A stretch of 64,000 nt of DNA from Bacillota bacterium (GTDB lineage Bacteria > Bacillota > Limnochordia > DTU080), in the NCBI GenBank assembly GCA_012838035.1, contig DUQB01000028.1:52-64051 (forward strand), written 5' to 3'. A program made the translations under genes and the position numbers. This document shows positions 29,901 to 39,999 of this stretch, in pieces (within the stretch, counting starts at the first letter, position 1; every line of letters starts with the position of its first letter). Below the pieces are notes generated by a model. That model did no database searches. It was not told where the DNA came from and saw nothing but the letters and a program-made list of their open reading frames with translations.

Positions 29901-29930
29901 AAAAAAGCCGCCCTACAAGATAAGGGCGGC
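29901..29930 (-). terminator. Rho-independent terminator downstream of pckG
   Basis: On the minus strand, GCCGCCCT-tatcttgt-AGGGCGGC followed by TTTTTTGTG. Confidence 0.8.
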
Positions 29931-29954
29931 CTTTCTCAATCACATGCCGTGAAT

Positions 29955-31775
29955 CTACAACCTGGAAATGAGCAGTTCCTTCTCAAACAGCATTTCCTTG
30001 GGCAAGCGTTCGTACAACTGGATGAAGAGCTCTTCGTGACCTATGACTTCTTTTTTCCAATCTTGGTTATTGATGCCCAGCGCATATGCCAGATCATCTG
30101 AGCTGAAGTCTTTCAAACCGGTGAGGTCAAGATCCTCGGGCCTAGGCATCCAGCCCAAGGGCGTTTCCAATGCGCCGACTCGTCCCCGAGCCCGGTCCAC
30201 GATCCACTTGAGTACCCGCATGTTTTCACCGAATCCGGGCCACACAAACCTGCCCTCTTCGTTCTTACGGAACCAGTTGACATGGAAGATGCGCGGCAAA
30301 TGCTTGACCGTATGACGCATGCTCAACCAATGGTTGAGGTAGTCACCCATATGGTAACCGCAGAAAGGCAGCATGGCAAATGGATCCCGCCGCACTCTAC
30401 CTACTGCGCCGGCCGCAGCCGCCGTGGTCTCGGAGCCCATGGTGGCGCCGATGTATACGCCGTGGCTCCAGTTAAAGGCTTCGAACACCAAGGGCACGTT
30501 ATGTGCGCGCCGGCCGCCGAAGATAAAGGCGCTGATGGGTACTCCCTGAGGATCGTCCCATGCCGGGTCTATTACCGGGCACTGGTCGGCAGGCGCCGTA
30601 AAGCGGGCATTCGGATGAGCGGCATTGCGTCCGCAGCCGGGATGCCACTCTTTGCCGGTCCAGTCGATAAGAGTCTCGGGCGGTTCAGGCGTCATGCCTT
30701 CCCACCAAACATCACCGTCAGGCGTGAGAGCGACGTTGGTGAAAATGGTATTAGCCCTTGCGGATAACATGGCATTGGGATTTGAAGACATCGATGTACC
30801 TGGAGCTACGCCAAAGAAGCCCGCCTCGGGGTTGATGGCATACAATCTGCCGTCGGCTCCCGGCTTGATCCAAGCGATGTCATCGCCCACAGTCCACACT
30901 TTCCAATCTTTGAAGTGCTCAGGTGGGATAAGCATGGCCAAGTTGGTCTTACCGCAGGCGCTGGGAAAAGCAGCAGCCACATATGTCTTCTCACCTTCAG
31001 GCGACTCCAAGCCCAAGATAAGCATGTGTTCGGCTAACCAACCCTCATCTCGAGCCATGGTGGAGGCGATGCGCAGAGCGAAGCACTTCTTGCCCAAAAG
31101 CGCGTTGCCGCCGTAACCACTGCCGTACGAGATGATCTCGCGGGTTTCCGGGAAATGAACGATGTACTTATTATCCGGATTGCATGGCCATGGATCGTCC
31201 TTTTGACCGGGATCCAACGGTGCACCTACCGAGTGCAGGCAAGGAACAAAGTCACCGTCGTCACCTAGCACATCCAGGACAGCTTTCCCCATGCGGGTCA
31301 TAATCCGCATGTTCACTACCACATAAGGCGAATCGGTGATCTCTACGCCGATATGAGCGATATCCGAACCCAACGGTCCCATGCTGAAGGGGATGACGTA
31401 CATGGTCCGTCCGCGCATGGAACCCCTGAAAAGGTCATTTAGAACGGCTCTCATTTCGTCGGGGTCACGCCAGTTGTTGGTTGGACCGGCGTCGCTTTGC
31501 CGCTTTGTGCAGATAAACGTCCGATCCTCTACTCGCGCAACATCATCCGGATTAGAGCGGCACAAGAAGCTGTTTGGCCGTTTCTCCTCATTAAGACGGA
31601 TAAACGTACCTGCTTCTACCATCATCTGACAGAGTCTGTCGTACTCTTCTTGTGAACCATCGCACCAGTAGACTTCCTTGGGTTGGGTAAGCTCAGCTAC
31701 TTCTTGTACCCAGTTTTTGAGTTTTTGGTTATTCGTCAAGAGTATATTCCGCACCTTTCGGTTCATTGTGTTCAT
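29955..31775 (-). CDS. pckG: Phosphoenolpyruvate carboxykinase (GTP)
   Basis: 606 aa with the GTP-PEPCK kinase-1a motif (SACGKTN) and PEPCK-specific domains. Confidence 0.9.
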   Translation of the reverse strand: MNTMNRKVRNILLTNNQKLKNWVQEVAELTQPKEVYWCDGSQEEYDRLCQMMVEAGTFIRLNEEKRPNSFLCRSNPDDVARVEDRTFICTKRQSDAGPTNNWRDPDEMRAVLNDLFRGSMRGRTMYVIPFSMGPLGSDIAHIGVEITDSPYVVVNMRIMTRMGKAVLDVLGDDGDFVPCLHSVGAPLDPGQKDDPWPCNPDNKYIVHFPETREIISYGSGYGGNALLGKKCFALRIASTMARDEGWLAEHMLILGLESPEGEKTYVAAAFPSACGKTNLAMLIPPEHFKDWKVWTVGDDIAWIKPGADGRLYAINPEAGFFGVAPGTSMSSNPNAMLSARANTIFTNVALTPDGDVWWEGMTPEPPETLIDWTGKEWHPGCGRNAAHPNARFTAPADQCPVIDPAWDDPQGVPISAFIFGGRRAHNVPLVFEAFNWSHGVYIGATMGSETTAAAAGAVGRVRRDPFAMLPFCGYHMGDYLNHWLSMRHTVKHLPRIFHVNWFRKNEEGRFVWPGFGENMRVLKWIVDRARGRVGALETPLGWMPRPEDLDLTGLKDFSSDDLAYALGINNQDWKKEVIGHEELFIQLYERLPKEMLFEKELLISRL

Positions 31776-31961
31776 CGTGTTCCTTGTAACTTACCACATG
31801 GAAGTAACCCTGTCAAAGGCTGGTAAGTATGTGTTTTGTATACATACAGGAGCTTTGCATTTAATGATAACTTAACGTCTGAGGCGCAGGTGATCGCACT
31901 TGGTAAACCGAAATAATTATGATTATGTTTCTACAGAAGGTGGTGTCGGGCGTAGACCCGC

Positions 31962-33149
31962 GTGATGAAACAACAGTATAGTTTGTCCCATCGCATGCAA
32001 GGTATGAGCGGCAATGTGGTGCGTGAGATTCTTAAGCTTACGCAAGCACCGGATATTATTTCATTCGCCGGCGGACTCCCCTCGCCGGACTCTTTTCCGG
32101 TGGATGAGTTACGTAGCATTACCGCCGAGCTGTTTGCGCAAGATGTAGGCTTTCTGCAGTACGGCGTAACAGAAGGCCTGCCCGGCTTGCGAGAATTCGC
32201 CGCACGGTGGGTAGGCGACTTTAACATTCAGGCCAAACCAGAGAACGTGTTAGTACTATCCGGCTCACAGCAGGGTATCGACTTAGCCTGCAAAGCATTG
32301 ATCAATCCGGGCGATGTGATTCTGGTGGAGCAGCCTACCTACTTGGCCGCGCTGCAGATATTCAAAACCTACGAAGCCAACGTGGTGGCAGTTGCCGGAG
32401 ACGAAGCGGGCATGCTGCCCGACGCCCTGGCCGACGCCATCCATAAATATAAGCCGCGCTTGGTTTATGTCATCCCCACATTCCAGAATCCTTCGGGCAT
32501 TTGCTGGTCGTTGGAGCGCCGTCAAGCCCTGTCTCAAGCAGCAGCCGAACACGATTTCATCATTCTGGAAGACGATCCATACGGTCGCTTGCGGTACAGC
32601 GGCGCTCCCGTGCCGGCTATAGCCGGTGTCGACGGACTGCGGCGCTCCATCTATCTCGGTTCATTCTCTAAGGTGATCGCGCCGGGCTTAAGAGTAGGTT
32701 ACGCGGTGGCGCCACCGGAACTACTTCAGCCGATGATCATCGGCAAACAGGGTACCGACGTACACACGAGCAACCTGTCTCAGCAAATCATCATGCGATA
32801 TGCGCAAAAAGGCGGTTTTGAACAACACCTGCCCCGTGTACGTGCGCAATACGGCGAAAAGTGCCGATTGATGCTGGAGATGTTGGAAAAGACGTTTCCT
32901 GCCGGATCTACCTGGACAAAGCCGCAAGGCGGGCTCTTTTTATGGGTGACGCTCGATGAGGGCGTTTCCACCACCGCCCTCCTGGAGCAAGCTATAGCCG
33001 CTAAAGTAGCGTTTATTCCCGGTACGCCGTTCTCTGCGTCCGGCGGCTGCACCAACTGCATGCGCTTAAACTTCTCCAACGCTTCACCGGCAGATATTGA
33101 AATCGGCATAGAGCGCATCGCGCAAGTGATCAAACAATCGCTCGCCTAG
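31962..33149 (+). CDS. PLP-dependent aminotransferase, class I/II (2-aminoadipate/aromatic aminotransferase-like)
   Basis: SFSKVIAPGLRVGY (Lys-PLP region), N-terminal NVVREIL...ISFAGGLP motif, 395 aa. Confidence 0.75.
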   Translation: MMKQQYSLSHRMQGMSGNVVREILKLTQAPDIISFAGGLPSPDSFPVDELRSITAELFAQDVGFLQYGVTEGLPGLREFAARWVGDFNIQAKPENVLVLSGSQQGIDLACKALINPGDVILVEQPTYLAALQIFKTYEANVVAVAGDEAGMLPDALADAIHKYKPRLVYVIPTFQNPSGICWSLERRQALSQAAAEHDFIILEDDPYGRLRYSGAPVPAIAGVDGLRRSIYLGSFSKVIAPGLRVGYAVAPPELLQPMIIGKQGTDVHTSNLSQQIIMRYAQKGGFEQHLPRVRAQYGEKCRLMLEMLEKTFPAGSTWTKPQGGLFLWVTLDEGVSTTALLEQAIAAKVAFIPGTPFSASGGCTNCMRLNFSNASPADIEIGIERIAQVIKQSLA

Positions 33150-33178
33150 TCAGCTCATTTTGCGCGTATTAGCAATTG

Positions 33179-33217
33179 GAGCCGCTTCCTATCCGGACCG
33201 TGCGGCTCCTTTGTCAC
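33179..33217. terminator. Bidirectional intrinsic terminator between convergent genes
   Basis: GGAGCCGC ... GCGGCTCC stem followed by TTTGTCACTTAT on the plus strand. Confidence 0.5.
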
Positions 33218-33886
33218 TTATAGATCTCTTTTGCTGAGGCTATTTGATGCCGCCCACCAAAGTAGAGCATAGATACCCAACATGACGAGACTAGTAACCG
33301 TCACAAAACGACTGGGTGAAGCAAAGATGGTCTCCAACCAAGCCGGCGGAGGGCTGCTGAATAGGCCTCGATCGTTAAATGTGGCAATGAGGGAAGAAAG
33401 CATCATGATGCCGAAGATGACCGCCAAGAAGCCGTAACGCACCGCTCGGTAACCATAGCGATAAAACACTACGAACGTTACGCCCAGCATAAACAGGACG
33501 CCGCAGAGACTTCCATAGAGCGCGGCGCCAAACCCAGCCAGATCGAAATGCTCCGGTCTCATCACCAGCAATGGGAGCAAAGCGGATGCATACAGGCCTA
33601 GAAGCATGATCAACACGGAGATGTACCTGCCCAGGACCAACCACTTCGGACTGATAGGCAGCAACCGGAGGAAGATCAGTCCGCCTTGATCGTCTTCGTA
33701 GGTACTGTTGATTATGGTAGTCATCGCCAAGGTTGCAGGCAACACGGAAACTACGGAAAAACCAATGGCGGCTCCGTTGGTCCGCCCGGCTATGATACTG
33801 AACAGTATGACAATCGCCACGCCATATAACAGGCGTTTTCCCTGCTGCATCAGATCTTTTTGCACAAACATCAGTAGCGTACGCAT
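33218..33886 (-). CDS. ABC-2-type transporter permease (YtrB-like module)
   Basis: 222-aa membrane protein with 6 TM segments, immediately downstream of the ABC ATPase. Confidence 0.6.
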   Translation of the reverse strand: MRTLLMFVQKDLMQQGKRLLYGVAIVILFSIIAGRTNGAAIGFSVVSVLPATLAMTTIINSTYEDDQGGLIFLRLLPISPKWLVLGRYISVLIMLLGLYASALLPLLVMRPEHFDLAGFGAALYGSLCGVLFMLGVTFVVFYRYGYRAVRYGFLAVIFGIMMLSSLIATFNDRGLFSSPPPAWLETIFASPSRFVTVTSLVMLGIYALLWWAASNSLSKRDL

Positions 33887-34012
33887 CGATTATTCCTCTC
33901 TTAAACTGGAGTTTTGGCGTAGAAACCGCAAGGCTGCCTTTATTCATCCGCAGTAACCGTCGCCTATGGCGACGCGGACCTTCGCAAAGGCGAGGAGTCG
34001 TCGCGCACACTC

Positions 34013-34945
34013 TTATGTCGCGCTATTTTGCCTTCCGGCCAACGCCGCAAGGATGTCATCCAATGACAACGGTCGGGCGTGTATAGGGGACTTACCCTTC
34101 TGCCGCAGCCGGCGTAATGCTGTGCTCGCCTGTGAACACGTCACCCGCACCACTGAATTTTGGGTCTCAATAACTTTTTCTATGCCAGGCAAACCGGTCA
34201 TGTCGTCTGCATTCAGTATTAGTTCCTGCCAATCGTCACGCAGGCTTTCTCGCTCTGCAAACAAAGCGACGGCGCCATCCACGATGAACACGATGTAATC
34301 CGCTATGCGTTCCACATCCTCGGTAATGTGCGTGGAAAAGACGACGGTACGTGTTTCATCCTGAACCACACCCGCCAGCTTATCGAGGATCTGCCGTCGT
34401 ATGAGCGGATCCAATCCCGATGTAGGTTCATCCAACAACAATAGGCTGGGATGATGCGCTAAAGCCAAAGCCAGCTCCAGTTTCACTTTGGTCCCCCGCG
34501 ACATCTGCTTGACGGTCTTAGAGCGATCGATCTGCAGATCGGCGAGCAACTTATCGTACTCTTGCGCATCCCACCGGGGATAAAAAGGAGCCACGAAGCG
34601 ACCGAACCAATCGGGTTTCATCAACTGATAAAGGAACGGCTCTTCCGGGACGTAGCCGATTTGTCGCTTGATGTCTTGTTCATGTCCGGCGTAATCCATA
34701 TTGAAAACTCGAATTGTTCCCTGCGTGGGCTGCACCAAGTTCATCATAGCTTTAAGCAGTGTTGTTTTACCGGCGCCATTCTGGCCGATTACCCCATATA
34801 CATAGCCCGATTCCAGTTGTAGATCGATAGGGCCTAAAGTGAACCCCTTATACCGTTTCACCAAGCCTTTGATCTCCGCAACCGTGTTTGTTTCCACATT
34901 GACCATCATGTTACACCTACTCTCTATACAAGGCGTCATCAGCAA
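34013..34945 (-). CDS. ABC transporter ATP-binding protein
   Basis: Walker A GQNGAGKTT, ABC signature SRGTKVKL and Walker B LLLLDEPTSGLD. Confidence 0.85.
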   Translation of the reverse strand: MLMTPCIESRCNMMVNVETNTVAEIKGLVKRYKGFTLGPIDLQLESGYVYGVIGQNGAGKTTLLKAMMNLVQPTQGTIRVFNMDYAGHEQDIKRQIGYVPEEPFLYQLMKPDWFGRFVAPFYPRWDAQEYDKLLADLQIDRSKTVKQMSRGTKVKLELALALAHHPSLLLLDEPTSGLDPLIRRQILDKLAGVVQDETRTVVFSTHITEDVERIADYIVFIVDGAVALFAERESLRDDWQELILNADDMTGLPGIEKVIETQNSVVRVTCSQASTALRRLRQKGKSPIHARPLSLDDILAALAGRQNSAT

Positions 34946-34960
34946 TACTCTTACTGTTAC

Positions 34961-35248
34961 TCATGGGCGTGCCAGCTCTTCTTCCACTAATGCCCGCAAC
35001 TGGTCATCGGTCAGACCCATTTGCCGCCCGGCGCTGATGGCTTCGCCCAGCAGGGTTCGAACATGCTCGCGGCGCACCGTGTCCATTTGCCCACAATCGG
35101 CCTCGGCAACAAAACTACCGACTCCGGCACGAGTAAAAATCAGACCTGACTTTTCCAGTTCATCGTAGGCGCGCCTAGTGGTAATCACGCTCACCGTCAG
35201 TTGACGCGCCAGCGTGCGCACCGAAGGTAAGGCCGTTCCAGGCGGCAA
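34961..35248 (-). CDS. GntR-family (YtrA-like) transcriptional regulator
   Basis: wHTH LPSVRTLARQLTVSVITTRRAYDELEKSGLI with a short C-terminal domain. The conserved first helix (EPYYQQIIDQIRNLILSG) lies in-frame upstream of the TTG at 35248, with no ATG/GTG/TTG before the upstream stop. Confidence 0.7.
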   Translation of the reverse strand: MPPGTALPSVRTLARQLTVSVITTRRAYDELEKSGLIFTRAGVGSFVAEADCGQMDTVRREHVRTLLGEAISAGRQMGLTDDQLRALVEEELARP

Positions 35249-35358
35249 ATGACCGCTGAGAATCAGATTGCGGATTTGATCGATGATCTGCTGGTAATAG
35301 GGCTCCGAGCTGGTCGTACTCAGTGTAATTGCTAGCAGAATCTCACTTCCTCGTGGTT

Positions 35359-35387
35359 ACACTGTGTATATACTCTATGCACAGTGT
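35359..35387. promoter_or_regulatory. Inverted repeat ACACTGTG-N13-CACAGTGT, candidate autoregulatory operator of the YtrA-like GntR operon
   Basis: Perfect 8-bp arms immediately upstream of the gntR RBS. Confidence 0.45.
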
Positions 35388-35544
35388 AGCGTCCATTTGT
35401 TGGCCTGTCAAGTTGCACCAGCAAAAAAACTCCGTCCCACCGCAACAATTATGTAAACCCATTTACTAGCAGGTTCTTTCCGCTATCTGCCGAATTCAAT
35501 TTTGATCATTACTTCACGTGCACGACATACGCAGGAGGAACCCC

Positions 35545-36681
35545 ATGCCTATTACTTCCACGCTCATTGCCAAAACGCAACAAAAACTGCTACAGCCGCA
35601 AACCGTACCTCTGCAGGCGGTCATTGGTTTTGACGGCTTTGTCGATGAAATCTGCGACGTAGTGGACAAACGCGCTTCAGGAGACTCATACAGTCGCATC
35701 GAAACGATCAAGGAGTATGGTGACCGTATCAGTCGAGCCGGCGGTCTGTCGACCAACCTGGAGTTGGTACCCAAGGTGGTCAAGCTCGGAGGCAACGGCC
35801 CCATCATGGTGAATGCCCTCAATGCCCAAGGCGTAAGCATCACTTATATCGGGGCGCTGGGTGATCCCACCTTGCACCCGGTATTTACCGAACTTGCCTC
35901 TCGAGTGCAGGCATACTCCATCGCTGAACCGGCCCACACCGATGCCCTTGAATTTAAAGACGGCAAAATCATGATGGGTAAGTTGGAGTCGCTGAAGAAC
36001 ATTACCTGGGAGCGCCTGATTGCCCGCGTACCAGTAGCGACACTAAGAGAACTCTGTCGGCACACGCAGCTCATCGCCTCGCTCAACTGGACCATGTTGC
36101 CCTACCTTACCGAACTTTGGCAACATTTCATCCAAGAGGTTTTGGCAACCATCACGTTCGCTGTACCACCATTTATTTTCTTTGATATCGCCGATCCGGA
36201 GAAACGCACTGCAACCGAGATTTCAACCGCCCTGCAGACAATTCAGGAGTTCAACAAATACGGGCGCGCCATCTTAGGCCTCAATCGCAAAGAAGCGACG
36301 GTCATCGCCCAAGTGCTAGGCTTGCAGATAGAACGGCCCGAACAAGCTGCGCTGAAGCAGATTACCTGCACAATCGCTCAGGCCTTAAGCATCTATGGCG
36401 TTGTAGTGCACCCATCGGACAAAGCAGCCTGCTTCGTTGCCGGGGAGTATTATGAAATCGAAGGTCCGTATACGACGCAACCCAAACTGACCACAGGCGC
36501 CGGAGACAACTTCAATGCAGGCTTTTGTTATGGCGGGTTGCGGGGATGCTCTCCTGAAGAGTCTTTAGTGATAGGTTGCGGCGTATCCGGCTTCTACGTA
36601 CGCCATGGACACAGTCCGTCGCAGGCGGAACTCACTGAGTTCCTCGATACATGGGCGAAACATATCGGAGAAGAGTTCTAG
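35545..36681 (+). CDS. Ribokinase-superfamily carbohydrate kinase (PfkB/ADP-kinase-like), atypically long
   Basis: C-terminal TTGAGDNFNAGFCYG (GAGD anion hole), KLGGNGPIMVNALNAQG sugar/nucleotide loop and N-terminal VIGFDGFVDEI. The ATG at 35545 is preceded by GGAGGA. Confidence 0.6.
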   Translation: MPITSTLIAKTQQKLLQPQTVPLQAVIGFDGFVDEICDVVDKRASGDSYSRIETIKEYGDRISRAGGLSTNLELVPKVVKLGGNGPIMVNALNAQGVSITYIGALGDPTLHPVFTELASRVQAYSIAEPAHTDALEFKDGKIMMGKLESLKNITWERLIARVPVATLRELCRHTQLIASLNWTMLPYLTELWQHFIQEVLATITFAVPPFIFFDIADPEKRTATEISTALQTIQEFNKYGRAILGLNRKEATVIAQVLGLQIERPEQAALKQITCTIAQALSIYGVVVHPSDKAACFVAGEYYEIEGPYTTQPKLTTGAGDNFNAGFCYGGLRGCSPEESLVIGCGVSGFYVRHGHSPSQAELTEFLDTWAKHIGEEF

Positions 36682-36728
36682 ACTGCTTTTCTCCCGCCGA
36701 GCTTGCTTATCATAGGAGGCTTGTTTTT

Positions 36729-37532
36729 ATGTTGGAAGCCGTGTTGTTCGATCTTGACGACACGCTGGTTTTAGCCGATAACGAGCAGTTGATGCGTGAT
36801 TATACCCGTCGTTTGGCCAAGCGCTACGCCGCTTACGTGTCGCCCGAGGTCTTTAGCAAGGCTTTGATTAATTGCACGTTGCAAGCGATGGCAAAGAACG
36901 ATGCGCATACCACCTTTGTCGAGCGATTCATGGACTGCTTCTGCAGTACGCTTGATCTCCAACCAGACTTAACGATCTTCATGGATTTCTACGACCATGA
37001 GTATGCGCAATTGGGAAAGTGGGCACGCCCCGCGCCGGGTGCACGCCAAGCCGTAGAGTATGCACAGACACACGGACTTAAAATAGCAGTGGCTACTAAT
37101 CCCTTGTTTCCCTACTCGGCCATTGAAAAACGCCTTGCATGGGCAAAACTAGATGATATCGCCTGGAATTTCGTAACGGTTGGCGACCGGATGCATACCT
37201 GTAAGCCACATGTGGAGTACTTTTTGGAAACAGCCCTGCACCTAGGCGTTTCGCCGCATAACTGTCTGATGGTGGGCAACGACCCGGTAAACGACCTGCC
37301 GGCCAAGCGAGTCGGCATGCGCACCTTTCTAGTAGAAGGACGACTCGATGGTGAGAATGAAGCCCTTAGGACATTTTCCGCCGCGAAAGGCAATACCCGA
37401 CGGTTGTACCAGCCGGATTACCGGGGTAGTCTGTACGAACTCCCCGCAGTCATCGATGCGCTGTCGGCAGAGGATGCATCCGGCAGCATAGCTGGTAACG
37501 GGCAGTCGGCGCCCGGCAATACCAGGAACTAA
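36729..37532 (+). CDS. HAD-superfamily hydrolase (phosphatase)
   Basis: MLEAVLFDLDDTLV (motif I DxDDT). It is co-directional with and 47 nt downstream of the kinase gene. Confidence 0.75.
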   Translation: MLEAVLFDLDDTLVLADNEQLMRDYTRRLAKRYAAYVSPEVFSKALINCTLQAMAKNDAHTTFVERFMDCFCSTLDLQPDLTIFMDFYDHEYAQLGKWARPAPGARQAVEYAQTHGLKIAVATNPLFPYSAIEKRLAWAKLDDIAWNFVTVGDRMHTCKPHVEYFLETALHLGVSPHNCLMVGNDPVNDLPAKRVGMRTFLVEGRLDGENEALRTFSAAKGNTRRLYQPDYRGSLYELPAVIDALSAEDASGSIAGNGQSAPGNTRN

Positions 37533-38101
37533 ATGTAGTGTTCACCCATATTTGATGCCGACCATTTGAACGCAGCCAAGCGGTAACCGTTTTGGTCCTC
37601 AAACACCCACTCTTTGTTGCTTGCGGGCAACTTCGTCTTCGGTATGCAAACGATATCGGTGGGATAAGAGATAACCTGAGGTACGAAGTCGGTAAGGGCC
37701 GGACTGCGCAGGTTCACTCGCACCAAAACATGGTCCGGTTTCTCCGTGATCAGCGTAATGCGTGCGGCCCAACCGCCGGTAGGCACTTCACCGAGAGCGG
37801 CAACGACAAGTACGTGCCGCTTCCAGTCAATGTCCGGAATGGTAGGAACGCCCGGGCCTTGTCTATCGGCTAACACCCGGCGTAACTGAGCTTCACTGGT
37901 CACAACGCCAAACCACGGATTGGTCAGAGGCGTACGCCTTTGCCACTGCCAGTTGGGATCCGAGTGTTGCGCCGCGTACATGCTCACATCCGTAACCTCC
38001 TGCTTTGCCGAGATATAAGGATATGCTTTCCTGTGCGGACAAACCCACGCCGGGGGCAACATGGCGACTACTAATCCTATTATGAAATAGGTATGCATCA
38101 T
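37529..38101 (-). CDS. Secreted or anchored hypothetical protein
   Basis: N-terminal hydrophobic segment MMHTYFIIGLVVAMLPPAWV. No clear family. Confidence 0.4.
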   Translation of the reverse strand: MMHTYFIIGLVVAMLPPAWVCPHRKAYPYISAKQEVTDVSMYAAQHSDPNWQWQRRTPLTNPWFGVVTSEAQLRRVLADRQGPGVPTIPDIDWKRHVLVVAALGEVPTGGWAARITLITEKPDHVLVRVNLRSPALTDFVPQVISYPTDIVCIPKTKLPASNKEWVFEDQNGYRLAAFKWSASNMGEHYI

Positions 38102-38377
38102 GGTGCTCCTCCAAGCGAATTATGCTAGCGCAAAATGCATTTTTGCGCAGTGCGTAGAATCCAGAACTAAGAAATGAGGCGCTGAAATGACTCCACAAGA
38201 TATCATCTGGCGAGTCACGGAACATTTGGAAGAAACCAAAAGCATCGTCGCATCCGGTGTGGAAGAATGCCATCCGGTGCGTCATCAGGATCTTATCTCG
38301 ACTCTACACGAAGTGGAGCGGCTAATACAGACGCAAATCCATCTCATGAACAGAGTAAAAAGGCGATATCCCTAAGT

Positions 38378-38956
38378 TCATCCATTGCGAAAACGGCCGG
38401 CATGGTGATCCATAATCAACTGCAGCGCTTTCGTCGTAATGGGGGCACCTTTCCTTACGTCATCCGCCCAGTCCATTTTGCCTGGATCGCCGAGCCCGAC
38501 GATAATGGGAAGCGAGATATCATTTAACACACTCACGGTATCGCCGCGCTGCTTTCCCTTAACGGGTATCCCCTCTTTGTTCACTGCTTTGTGCGTCACG
38601 CTACCGGCGCGGGTCACCGACAGGTCAACCTCAACGCCTTTACTTCCCTTGGCGCGGGACGCAACGGCGACGGCTCCGATCAACTCTATACCCTCGTATG
38701 CCGCTAAGGCTCTGATGAGCTTCTCTCCTCTTCCTTCCAGAATATCGCCTGCGTCATCACACAACACCACGACCGGATCATAAGGCGTCGATTGAATCAA
38801 TGCAACAAGCTCATCTGCCGATAGATCGCCATCATGCGGTTGATGCCCGCCGGAAAGAGAAATGCAACGTCCATGCACATTGGCGCACGCTGTTTCCACG
38901 GCAGCCAACGCCGCTTGATCTCCGTCCGTGACGATGATGACATGTTTGTCGGGCAT
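38378..38956 (-). CDS. Toprim-like protein resembling the soluble stage V sporulation protein AE (SpoVAEa-like)
   Basis: VIIVTDGD ... GRCIS ... VVVLCDDAG ... GAVAVAS pattern. The SpoVAEa assignment is from recalled family sequences and is low-confidence. Confidence 0.4.
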   Translation of the reverse strand: MPDKHVIIVTDGDQAALAAVETACANVHGRCISLSGGHQPHDGDLSADELVALIQSTPYDPVVVLCDDAGDILEGRGEKLIRALAAYEGIELIGAVAVASRAKGSKGVEVDLSVTRAGSVTHKAVNKEGIPVKGKQRGDTVSVLNDISLPIIVGLGDPGKMDWADDVRKGAPITTKALQLIMDHHAGRFRNG

Positions 38957-39047
38957 GTAAGAACCTCCCCAGGTTGCTGCTACACCGTATTAGTGTATCC
39001 CAGAGAGAGTTCCTTAGAATTCCGCGCAAGCATGTAACTCGGAGACG

Positions 39048-39971
39048 TTACTGTTGTGCAAGTGCAATTGCTTTACGCACAAAACCACCTGCTTTTTCCA
39101 ATAACTGGGCGCTTTGCTGCGGTGTTACTTCCGCAGAATATGCCACAATGGCGGTCTTTACCTGTCCCCCGCACTCAGCCAGCAGTTGCTGCGCTGTCTG
39201 AGCATCCGTCCCGGTAGCGATCTGTACGATGCGCTCCGCTCTGGCCAGCAGTTTTTCGTTGGCTGGTACGACATCGATCATCAGATTACTATATACCTTG
39301 CCCAAATGAACCATGGTTACGGTGCTGATCATATTCAACACCATCTTTTGCGCCGTCCCGGCTTTCATTCGTGTCGACCCGCTCAGCACCTCCGGTCCTA
39401 CTACAGGTACAATGGCCATCTGAGCAACTTGGGCCATAGGAGAGTCCGGGTTGCATACCAATGCCGCCGTAACCGCGCCCACCTGACGCGCATACTCCAA
39501 GGCACCTATACAGTAGGGCGTGCGTCCGCTGGCGGCGATGGCGATCACTGTATCCCGGGAGCCGCATCCTCGCTCAGCGAGATCTTGAGCCCCTAATGCG
39601 GCGTTGTCCTCACACCCCTCCAACGAGTTACGCAAAGCCTCGTCTCCCCCGGCGATGATACCTTGTACCAAGCTGGATGGTACGCCGAAGGTAGGTGGAC
39701 ATTCGGAAGCGTCAAGGACGCCCAGCCTGCCACTGGTTCCGGCACCGACATAGAACAAGCGACCGCCTTGTTTTAGGCGCGGCACGATCATATCGATGAC
39801 CGCCGCGATTTGTGGCAACTGCTCCCGTACCGCCGCCGCCACCTTGGCATCTTCCTTATTGATGGTTTGCACCATCTCCAAGGTGCTCATCTGATCGAGA
39901 TCGACATACTCCGACCTTTCTTCGGTGGTCAATCCAGTGAAGTCATTCAATGCTCCGACTCGCCTCCGCAA
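39048..39971 (-). CDS. murQ: N-acetylmuramic acid 6-phosphate etherase
   Basis: SIS domain with the MurQ N-terminus LTTEERSEYVDLDQMSTLEMVQTINKED, 307 aa. Confidence 0.9.
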   Translation of the reverse strand: MRRRVGALNDFTGLTTEERSEYVDLDQMSTLEMVQTINKEDAKVAAAVREQLPQIAAVIDMIVPRLKQGGRLFYVGAGTSGRLGVLDASECPPTFGVPSSLVQGIIAGGDEALRNSLEGCEDNAALGAQDLAERGCGSRDTVIAIAASGRTPYCIGALEYARQVGAVTAALVCNPDSPMAQVAQMAIVPVVGPEVLSGSTRMKAGTAQKMVLNMISTVTMVHLGKVYSNLMIDVVPANEKLLARAERIVQIATGTDAQTAQQLLAECGGQVKTAIVAYSAEVTPQQSAQLLEKAGGFVRKAIALAQQ

Positions 39972-39999
39972 CTCGGCACAGGCCCCTTAATACCGAGTC

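Noticed and set aside
33375-34010. 211-aa minus-strand ORF overlapping the ABC-2 permease
   Set aside because: It is an alternative frame of the permease region. Its Arg-rich translation is non-protein-like, whereas the permease frame gives coherent TM helices.
35518-35544. GTG start for the kinase given by the ORF track
   Set aside because: The ATG at 35545 is preceded by GGAGGA at optimal spacing, and the upstream 9 codons (MHDIRRRNP) are probably untranslated.
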